From the NCBI GenBank assembly GCA_964445475.1, contig CAYUME010000001.1:1-36380 (forward strand): a DNA stretch of 36,380 nucleotides, read 5' to 3'. This stretch comes from an uncultured Planctomycetia bacterium. Its GTDB lineage: Bacteria > Planctomycetota > MHYJ01 > CAYUME01. This document shows, piece by piece, positions 24,131 through 31,153 of this stretch. Under the pieces are notes generated by a model that did no database searches, was not told the origin of the DNA, and was given only the letters and a program-made list of their open reading frames with translations. The first letter of the stretch is position 1. Each line of letters opens with the position of its first letter. Both the position numbers and the translations under genes were made by a program.

Positions 24131-25789
24131 TCACATCCGCAGCGTCTGGTAGAACATGTGCACGGGCGATCCGCCGAAGGCGATGGCCAGGGCGACCGCC
24201 TCGCCCATCTCGGCCTCCGTGGCGCCGGCCTTTCGCGCGGCATCGGCGTAGATCTTCACGCACGGGTCGCACCGCCGGGCCACCGCCAGCGCCAGCCCGA
24301 TCAGCTTCTTCGTCTTGAGGTCCACCGCGCCCGGCATCGAGACGGCGTTCTGGTAGGCCTTGAAGGCCTCCAGGAGCGCCGGCGGCAGCGGCGGCTTTCC
24401 CTCGCCGGCCGGCCCGGCCGCCGGGGCGGCCATCGCGGCCGGGGGGGGGCTCGCGCAGCAGGCCGTCTCGACCGGCGGGCCGCCGGCACAGCACGCGGCG
24501 TCGGGTGCCGGGGCGGGTGTCGCCGCCGGGGCCGGCGCCTTCGCCGTCTCGCGACGCGGCGGGGCGAGCGGCGCGAAGTCGGCTGCCTGCCTTGTCGAGG
24601 CCCGGATGAATCCGCCCGGTTTCGCGCCCGTCACGCGGCCGACAACCGCCGCGCGCGCGAAGCCGCCCGCCCGCACCTCCTCCGCGTAGGCCGCCGCCGC
24701 GTCCGGCGGCAGGAAGACGAGGAGCCCCCCGGACGTCTCCGGCCCGAAGAGGATGTGGCGCTGGGCCGGCGCGAGGGCGGAGAGGTCGAGGCGCGCCGGG
24801 TCGGCCGACTCCGCGTTCCGCTCGACCGCCCCCGGCAGCACCTCCTGGCGCGCCAGCTCCGCGACGCCCGGGAAGAGCGGGAGGGCGTCGACGTCGAGCG
24901 CGACCTCGACGCCGGAGGCCCGCGCGACGTTGGCGAGGTGTCCGAGGAGGCCGAAACCCGTCACGTCCGTGGCCGCGTGCGCGCCGCGCGCCGCCATCCG
25001 CTCCGCCGGGAGCCGGTTGAGCGCCGCCATCGACCGGGTCGCCTCCGCGAGCCCGTCCGCCGGCGCCCGGCCGAGCTGCCGGGCGAAGGCGAGGATGCCG
25101 GCGCCGAGGGGCTTGGTGAGGACGACGGCGTCCCCGGCCTTCGCGCCCGCGTTGGAGGCGAGCCCCTTCCGCGGCGCCGACCCGACGACGGCGAAGCCGA
25201 ACTTCACCTCCTCGTCGTCGATGCTGTGGCCGCCGATCACGCTGATCCCCGCCTCGGCCATCGCGTCGATGCCGCCGCGGAGGATCTCCCGCATCGCGTC
25301 GAGGGGCAGGGCGTGGACGGGGAAGCCGAGGATCGAGAGGGCGACCTCGGGCTTCCCCCCCATCGCGTAGATGTCGCTGACCGAGTTCGCCGCGGCGACC
25401 CGGCCGAACGTGTAGGGGTCGTCGACGGACGGCGAGAAGACGTCGACCGTGAGGACCGTCGTGCCGTCGGGCCGGAAGTCGATGACGCCGGCGTCGTCCC
25501 CCGCCGCCCGGCCGATGACGATCCGGGGGTCGGCGACGTCGGGGAGGCCGGCGAGGGCGGCCTCGAGGTCCCGCTGCGAGATCTTCGAGGCGCAGCCCGT
25601 CCTGCGGACGTGCTCGGTGAGGCGGACGGCGCCCGTCGCGGCCGGCGGCCGCTCGCCGGCGCACGCGCAGCGGTCCCGCGTCCGGAAGTCCTCGCACGGG
25701 CAGGGGAGCTGCGGGTTGCAGACGCAGTGGCCGAGCGCGATCGAGCGTTTCATGATGCGGCGCCGCTTCTCGAGCTGGTCGGGCGTCAT
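24131..25789 (-). CDS. selD: Selenide, water dikinase (selenophosphate synthetase SelD) fused to an N-terminal 3xCxC module and a C-terminal AhpD/carboxymuconolactone-decarboxylase-like CxxC domain
   Basis: The SelD/PurM-fold motifs are intact: TGCASKIS (Cys/Lys active-site loop), GDDAGVIDF, VDDPYTFGRVAAANSVSDIYAMGGKP, VIGGHSIDD and ATDVTGFGLLGH. The extra modules are described in the separate sub-features. Confidence 0.85.
   Translation of the reverse strand: MTPDQLEKRRRIMKRSIALGHCVCNPQLPCPCEDFRTRDRCACAGERPPAATGAVRLTEHVRRTGCASKISQRDLEAALAGLPDVADPRIVIGRAAGDDAGVIDFRPDGTTVLTVDVFSPSVDDPYTFGRVAAANSVSDIYAMGGKPEVALSILGFPVHALPLDAMREILRGGIDAMAEAGISVIGGHSIDDEEVKFGFAVVGSAPRKGLASNAGAKAGDAVVLTKPLGAGILAFARQLGRAPADGLAEATRSMAALNRLPAERMAARGAHAATDVTGFGLLGHLANVARASGVEVALDVDALPLFPGVAELARQEVLPGAVERNAESADPARLDLSALAPAQRHILFGPETSGGLLVFLPPDAAAAYAEEVRAGGFARAAVVGRVTGAKPGGFIRASTRQAADFAPLAPPRRETAKAPAPAATPAPAPDAACCAGGPPVETACCASPPPAAMAAPAAGPAGEGKPPLPPALLEAFKAYQNAVSMPGAVDLKTKKLIGLALAVARRCDPCVKIYADAARKAGATEAEMGEAVALAIAFGGSPVHMFYQTLRM
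24134..24388 (-). other. C-terminal AhpD/CMD-like domain of the SelD fusion with CxxC (RRCDPCV)
   Basis: The domain spans about aa 468-552 (LLEAFKAYQNAVSMPGAVDLKTKKLIGLALAVARRCDPCVKIYADAARKAGATEAEMGEAVALAIAFGG). This is the pattern typical of carboxymuconolactone decarboxylase / alkylhydroperoxidase AhpD family domains. Confidence 0.6.
25655..25732 (-). other. N-terminal Cys-rich module of the SelD fusion (CVC-x5-CPC-x8-CAC)
   Basis: The module spans about aa 20-45 (GHCVCNPQLPCPCEDFRTRDRCACAG). It carries six Cys arranged as three CxC pairs. Confidence 0.6.
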
Positions 25790-25893
25790 GGCGCTGTCCC
25801 TTCCAAGGTTCCGGGTCGCGCGAGCGCCGGGAAAACGGCCCGGGGCCGTCCCGGAGCGCTCACCCCGTCATCCGTCCCTCTGTCGACGAGCCG

Positions 25894-26685
25894 TCAGGCG
25901 TCGGGTCCCGTCCGTCCCCGGCGGCACGCGAGGATCGCCGCCCCGAGGGCCCCGGTCATCTGGGGGTCGGGCGCCACGGCGACCGGCGTCCCGAGCGCCT
26001 CCGCGAGCGCCTCCGCCATCCCCGGGATCCGCGCCACCCCCCCCGTGAAGAAGACGGGCGTCTCCACCCGCCGCCCCGCCATCCCCGCCACGCGCGAGGC
26101 GATCGACTTCTGGACGCCCGCGACGATGTCCGCCGGCGGCGTCTCCTGCGTCAGCAGGCCGATGATCTCCGTTTCGGCGAAGACGACGCACATGCTGCTG
26201 ATCGCCGCCGGCGCGGTCGCGGCGCGGGCGAGCGCCCCCAGCCCGTCGAGCGGCACGCCGAGGCGCGCCGCCACGACCTCCAGGAACCGACCCGTTCCCG
26301 CCGCGCACCGGTCGTTCATCGCGAAGTCCTGCACGGTCCCGTCGGGGGCCAGCCGCAGCAGCTTCGCGTCCTGGCCGCCGATCTCGACGACCGTCGCGGC
26401 GCCCGGGGCGACGCGGCGGACCCCGGCGGCGTGGCAGGTGATCTCGGTGACGGCGGCGTCGGCGAAGCCGATCGCGTGGCGCGCGTAGCCCGTGGCGACG
26501 ACGGCCCCGACGTCGCTCCGCCGCCGGCCGCAGTCCGCCAGGAGGCGGTCGAGGAGTGCGGCGGCGACCGTCTCGGGCTTGAGGCCCGCGTCGACGGCCC
26601 CCGCGGCGAGGAACGAGTCCCTCGCGGGGTCCAGGAGCGCGACCTTGGTCGCGCGCGAGCCGCTGTCCACGCCGGCGCAGATCAT
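25894..26685 (-). CDS. BcrAD/BadFG/HgdC-family ATPase (activator of 2-hydroxyacyl-CoA dehydratase-type enzymes)
   Basis: The ATG at 26685 is preceded by GGAGGTG, 2 nt after the upstream stop. It has ASKHA motifs (GVDSGSRATK, EIGGQD). It also has NDRCAAGTGRF and SSMCVVFAETE, the two Cys that hold the bridging [4Fe-4S] cluster in HgdC-type activators. Confidence 0.9.
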   Translation of the reverse strand: MICAGVDSGSRATKVALLDPARDSFLAAGAVDAGLKPETVAAALLDRLLADCGRRRSDVGAVVATGYARHAIGFADAAVTEITCHAAGVRRVAPGAATVVEIGGQDAKLLRLAPDGTVQDFAMNDRCAAGTGRFLEVVAARLGVPLDGLGALARAATAPAAISSMCVVFAETEIIGLLTQETPPADIVAGVQKSIASRVAGMAGRRVETPVFFTGGVARIPGMAEALAEALGTPVAVAPDPQMTGALGAAILACRRGRTGPDA

Positions 26686-26687
26686 CG

Positions 26688-28070
26688 TCACCTCCGTGCG
26701 CGTGCCGTTTCGACGAGCGCCTCGAGCCGGGAGCGGATCGAGGGCGCGAGGGCGTCGGTGAGGGGCGGCACCTCGACCTCGGCCACAGGCAGGCCCAGCC
26801 GTTCCCGGACCGCCGCCGCGATCGTCTCGCCCTCCCACGCGCAGTGGCTCGCCCCGGGGATGCGCGAGACGACTACCGCCTCCGCGCCGAACCGCGCCGC
26901 GTCCGCCGCGATCCGCGCCGCGCGGTCCGCCGCGGGCCCGACCATCGGGTCGGCCAGCGCCGCCCGCGCCAGCGCCTCCATCGGTTCCACGCCCTCCGGG
27001 AGGGGGTCGAGGGCGTGGCAGAAGAGGAACTCTGTCCCGCAGAGCCGTCCCCCGCACGCCTCGAGCAGGTTCATCGCGCGGAGGTCGGCGACGGGGTTGA
27101 CCCAGAAGACGCGGACGGCGTCGGCCGGCAGGACGGCCGTCCCGGCCGCGACGCGCGCGCGGACCTCGCCGAGGAGGGCGTCGTAGACGCGGAGCGTCTC
27201 GTCGCGGTCCGAGCAGAAGTGGATGACGAGCATCTCCGCGATCTGGTGCTCGAGGGCCGGGAGGGGGCAGGCGGGGGCGGTGAAGACGAGCTCGCGGAGC
27301 GCGGCGAGTCGCCCGCGGACGGCGTTCGCGGCGCGGATCCCCGCCGCCAGCTCCGCGTCCGTCAGCGCGTGGCCCGTCAGCCCGTCGAGGGCGCGGCGGA
27401 CGCGGACCAGCTCCTCGCGGACGAGGGCGACCTGCGCGGCCGGGGCGCGGAGGCCGCCGGGGAGCGCCGTCGCGGGCTCGCCGGGCTCCGGCGCGCGCCG
27501 CGCGGGCATCTCCCACCAGAGGATCGGGTGGCCGAGCGACGCGAGCCGCTGGGCCACCGCCGAGAGGTCGTCGCAGACGGCCCCGACGCTCGAGACGAGG
27601 AGGTCGGGGATCGGGAAGTGCCGGCGGGAGACGAAGGCGCCGAGCAGGGCGCGGACGGGGCAGAGCCCCTCGCCGGCGCCGAGCGCGCTCGCGATCCCGA
27701 GGAGCCCCTCGCTCATCTCCATGATGCAGGGGATCCACCACGCCCCGTCCGTGTAGAAGGCGGTCACCCGGGGGTAGGCGTAGGCGAGGACGGTGACGGT
27801 GCCGAGGTCCTTCATCGCGCCGACGAGCGTGTGGCCCGCGGTCCGCGCCTGCGCCAGGCGCTCCTCCTCCGTCAGCAGGAAGTTCCAGAGGCGGAGGGCC
27901 GCGGGGGAGGGGTCGTACGTCAGCCGGAGGAGGCGGCGGTCGCCGTCGCGCACGTGGCGCGCGAGCGGCCCGGCGTAGGGGTAGGGCGGATCCGGGCGCG
28001 GCGAGGCCGCCCGCGCCGCGCAGAGCGCGTCGAGCTCCTCCATCGTGAGCGGCCGCGCCGTCTCCGTCAT
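26688..28070 (-). CDS. 2-hydroxyacyl-CoA dehydratase / benzoyl-CoA reductase family (HGD-D, BcrC/BadD/HgdB-type) subunit, large
   Basis: It is 460 aa, taken from ORF 26688..29063 and starting at the ATG at 28070 (MTETARPL). It has HGD-D-like segments (GAVCDDLSAVAQRL, VFWVNPVADLRAMNLLEACGG, EAVVVSRIPGASHCAWE). An ATGA overlap with the upstream gene suggests translational coupling. Confidence 0.8.
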   Translation of the reverse strand: MTETARPLTMEELDALCAARAASPRPDPPYPYAGPLARHVRDGDRRLLRLTYDPSPAALRLWNFLLTEEERLAQARTAGHTLVGAMKDLGTVTVLAYAYPRVTAFYTDGAWWIPCIMEMSEGLLGIASALGAGEGLCPVRALLGAFVSRRHFPIPDLLVSSVGAVCDDLSAVAQRLASLGHPILWWEMPARRAPEPGEPATALPGGLRAPAAQVALVREELVRVRRALDGLTGHALTDAELAAGIRAANAVRGRLAALRELVFTAPACPLPALEHQIAEMLVIHFCSDRDETLRVYDALLGEVRARVAAGTAVLPADAVRVFWVNPVADLRAMNLLEACGGRLCGTEFLFCHALDPLPEGVEPMEALARAALADPMVGPAADRAARIAADAARFGAEAVVVSRIPGASHCAWEGETIAAAVRERLGLPVAEVEVPPLTDALAPSIRSRLEALVETARARR

Positions 28071-29029
28071 CGCAGCATCCCCCCGAACGCCTCGCTCCGC
28101 CCGTCCACCCCCGGCCCCGCCCCGCCGTCCCCGTCGAGGGCGAGGGCGAGGCCGGGCCGGCCCGTCGCCGCCGCGATCCGCTCCGCGTGCGCCGCCCACG
28201 GGTCGCACCAGACGGGGCGGACGAGAAGGACGCCGCGCGCCCCCGAGAGGGGGACCTCGCGCCGCAGCCAGGCGTAGAGCGCGTCGTCCGGCCGGCGCGA
28301 GACGTCGGGGAGCGATCCCGCGTAGGCCTCGACGAGGACGGCGAGCGGCTCGGCGTCGAGCCGCCGGCGGTCGAACCGCGCCGGGAGCGTCCGCGCCCCC
28401 GTCTCGGTGCCGTCGAGGACGCCGGACCCGCCGGCGCGGGCGATCCGGTCGACGAGGGCGGCGTCCTGCGCGCCGAGCGGGCCGCCGACGAGGGCGAGGG
28501 GGACGCGCCGCGCGGGGGGCGGGTCGGGCCCCTCGTGCGCCCCGGGTCCGGCGAAGAGCCGGTCGAAGGCGCGAGGGCCCCGGCGCGCCGCCTCCGCGAG
28601 GACCTCCTCGCGCAGGGCCTCGTGGCGCCGCATCGCGGCGGCCAGCCCCGCCGGCGCCGGCGCGTGTCCGCCCCACGACGCGACGGCCCCTGCCAGCCGC
28701 TCGAGCTCGTCCCGGTAGAGCCGCAGCGCCGCGGGCGTCTGCCACGTCGTCGGGACGTTCAGGAGGAATGTCCGGGCGGCGCCGGCGGCCGCCCGCTCGG
28801 CGGCGCGCCGCATCTGGTCGCACGTCGTCGCGAAGACGAAGGCTCCGGCGTCGCGCCCGGCGAGGGCGGCCGAGAGGGTCGCCCGGGCGAAGGCGCAGGC
28901 GCCCGTCGCCGGGCCGGCGTCCCGGGCGTCCCGGCGCGGGCGGATCCGGACCGGCTCCGCCCCGCAGGCCTCCAGCCATTCCGGCGGGACGAACGGCGAG
29001 ACGTATGCGACCCGAAGCCCGTCGGCCAT
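28067..29029 (-). CDS. HGD-D family subunit, small (partner of 26688..28070)
   Basis: ORF 28067..29113 trimmed to the ATG at 29029 (MADGLRVAYVSPFVPPEWLEACGAEP). It has FATTCDQMRR (the conserved CD motif of the family) and GVLLVRPVWCDPW. Its stop overlaps the next start (ATGA at 28067-28070). Confidence 0.75.
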   Translation of the reverse strand: MADGLRVAYVSPFVPPEWLEACGAEPVRIRPRRDARDAGPATGACAFARATLSAALAGRDAGAFVFATTCDQMRRAAERAAAGAARTFLLNVPTTWQTPAALRLYRDELERLAGAVASWGGHAPAPAGLAAAMRRHEALREEVLAEAARRGPRAFDRLFAGPGAHEGPDPPPARRVPLALVGGPLGAQDAALVDRIARAGGSGVLDGTETGARTLPARFDRRRLDAEPLAVLVEAYAGSLPDVSRRPDDALYAWLRREVPLSGARGVLLVRPVWCDPWAAHAERIAAATGRPGLALALDGDGGAGPGVDGRSEAFGGMLR

Positions 29030-29096
29030 GGCCCGCCGCTCCCGACCTGTCGCGACCTGACATCCGGGCGGGGACAAGCCCCGCCCCTCCCGCGCG

Positions 29097-29900
29097 TTAC
29101 CGCTTGCGCGCAAGGAAGAGGCCCTGCGCGATCTTGCCGGCGTCGGCCAGCCCCTTCATGAAGATCATCTCCCCCGCCAGTCCCTGGAGCATCGCCGCGT
29201 CCCAGCCGATGATCCGCAGGGCGTCGGAGGTGAGCTGCATGTCGATCATCCGGAGGTAGAGGTCGCAGTACGGCGCGAACCGCTTCGTGTCCTCGGCGGC
29301 GAGGACCTCGCAGCCGGCCTTCTCGAGGAGCGACCGGTAGCCGCCGAGGTCCTGGACGGAGGGGAACTTCATGAACGCCAGGTAGCGGTCCGCCTCGGCG
29401 TCGGAGAGCCCCGCCGCCCCCTCGATCCAGTCGGTGAAGGCGATCGTGCCGCCGGGCTTGACGAGCCGCGCCGCCTCGGCGACCAGCTTCGCCTTGTCGG
29501 CGACGTAACACCACGCGTCCTCGCCCCAGACGAAGTCCGCCGCGACGTCCGGCAGGCCGCTGGCGGTGACGTCCTGGAGGACGAACGCGATCTTGTCGGC
29601 CAACCCCTCCTCCCGGCAGCGGCGCTTCCCGACCTCGACGACGGTGGGGGTGGCGTCCACGCCGGTCATCGAGGCGACGCCCCGGAACCGGACGAGGAAG
29701 CGCATGCCGGCGCCGCTGCAGCAGCAGAGGTCGATCCCCTTGCTGCCGGGGGCGATCTTCGCGCGCTCGGCGAGATCCATCGACGACTTGAATCCGCCGA
29801 TGTGGATCTGCTGGCCCATGATCAGCTCCCAGAGGACCCCCTCCGGGCCGCCGTACACCGCCTGCACGTTCGCCAGCCCGATCCCCGCCTTCGTCTTCAT
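29097..29900 (-). CDS. Class I SAM-dependent methyltransferase
   Basis: It is 267 aa, starting at the ATG at 29900. Motif I is GIDLCCCSGAGMRF, the acidic loop is VDATPTVVE, and VKPGGTIAFTDW is also present. The substrate cannot be called. Confidence 0.85.
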   Translation of the reverse strand: MKTKAGIGLANVQAVYGGPEGVLWELIMGQQIHIGGFKSSMDLAERAKIAPGSKGIDLCCCSGAGMRFLVRFRGVASMTGVDATPTVVEVGKRRCREEGLADKIAFVLQDVTASGLPDVAADFVWGEDAWCYVADKAKLVAEAARLVKPGGTIAFTDWIEGAAGLSDAEADRYLAFMKFPSVQDLGGYRSLLEKAGCEVLAAEDTKRFAPYCDLYLRMIDMQLTSDALRIIGWDAAMLQGLAGEMIFMKGLADAGKIAQGLFLARKR

Positions 29901-29938
29901 CGCTCTCCCCCTTGCATTGTGGTATGTCCATGCCGTCT

Positions 29939-31153
29939 TCAGTTGCGAGCCGCCGCACGCGATCGCGCCGTCTCGTAGAGCGCCTCGACCCGCACCGCGA
30001 TCCGCGCGGAGTCGGACGGCGCGTAGTCGGTGCTGATCCGCAGGCACGGCAGCCCCAGCTCCCCCTCGACGAGCGCCTTCACGCGTGCCGACTCGACGTC
30101 GTACGTCAGGCAGGCCTGCCACGACAGGTCGATGACGCACTGCGGGCGGTACTCGGCGGCGAGCCGGCGGAGGAGGTCGAGCCGCCGGTCGTTCGGCGTC
30201 ATGACGGAGCAGGGCAGGTGGAAGTACTTCTCCGCAATCGCCCGCAGCGGGTCCGGTGCCTCCGCGTCGACGTCGTCGACGATCGGCTTGAGGCCGGTGC
30301 AGGACTCGAGGGCGACGACGAGACCGCCGTGGTCCTCGACGATGTCCATGACGCGCTCGGCGCCGTGGGCCATCGGGACGCCGGTCATGAGGACGCGGAC
30401 CCGCTTCGCCAGGTCGGGGCTGGGCGGGCGGGCCTTGAGGGCGGCCAGCGCCTTCTCGTAGGCGGCGATGTCGCAGGGGATGCAGGAGATGATGCTCTTC
30501 AGGTCGAGCAGCTCGCGACCGCGGAGCGGCGGGGGCGAGGCCTTCATGCAGGCGGCCAGCGCGCGCCGCAGCGCCCGCTCGCGGTTCATCTCGCGGATCG
30601 CTTTCCGAAGGGCGCAGTCGGTGACCGTCGCGCCGAACCGGCGCTCGAGCCCTTCCTTCAGGCCCCGCACCTCGTGGAGCCAGTGGTCGAATGCCGCGGG
30701 GTCGTCCGCCTTCTGCGGGAGCTCCAGCACGTGCATCGGCCGCGTCCGCGCCATCAGCTCGTACATCTTTTTCTTCCCGTCGCACGTCGTCTCCGCCACG
30801 ACGAGATCGGCCATCTCGAGAAAGGGGTTCGACTTCTGCACGTGGTAGCCGTACGTGGACTTGATCAGCGGACAGAGGTTGGCGGGGAGCTCGGCCTCGG
30901 CGTCGGGGATGGTCCTGTCGGAGCCGCCGCAGAGGCAGACGGGCACGGCGTTCGCGGCGAGGATGACCTCGCGGGGGGTGTACTCGCAGAGGATCCCGAC
31001 GATCCTCCGCCCGTTCGCCTTCGCCTCCTGGGCGTATTGGAGGCAATTGGGGGCCATCCGGGCGAACCGCCCGAAGGGGTCGCCGGTAGGGGCGGCGGCG
31101 GCCGGTGCGCCACCGCACGCCGTGGCGGGCCGGGTTCCGCAGCAGTCGCTCAT
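29939..31153 (-). CDS. Stand-alone HGD-D family protein, double-cubane-cluster-protein (DCCP)-like
   Basis: It is 404 aa, with GGAGGA upstream of the ATG at 31153. It has RIVGILCEYTPREVILAANAVPVCLCG, VVAETTCDGKKKMYE and LESCTGLKP...QACLTYD. It is Cys-rich, including an N-terminal MSDCCGTRPATACGG. Confidence 0.8.
   Translation of the reverse strand: MSDCCGTRPATACGGAPAAAAPTGDPFGRFARMAPNCLQYAQEAKANGRRIVGILCEYTPREVILAANAVPVCLCGGSDRTIPDAEAELPANLCPLIKSTYGYHVQKSNPFLEMADLVVAETTCDGKKKMYELMARTRPMHVLELPQKADDPAAFDHWLHEVRGLKEGLERRFGATVTDCALRKAIREMNRERALRRALAACMKASPPPLRGRELLDLKSIISCIPCDIAAYEKALAALKARPPSPDLAKRVRVLMTGVPMAHGAERVMDIVEDHGGLVVALESCTGLKPIVDDVDAEAPDPLRAIAEKYFHLPCSVMTPNDRRLDLLRRLAAEYRPQCVIDLSWQACLTYDVESARVKALVEGELGLPCLRISTDYAPSDSARIAVRVEALYETARSRAAARN

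Noticed and set aside
24131-31153. Selenocysteine recoding (in-frame TGA plus SECIS) within the SelD operon genes, for example a UxxC in the AhpD-like domain or a Sec-type SelD.
   Set aside because: All six reading frames are continuous without an internal TGA. The SelD active-site loop (GCASK) and the AhpD-like motif (CDPC) use Cys codons.
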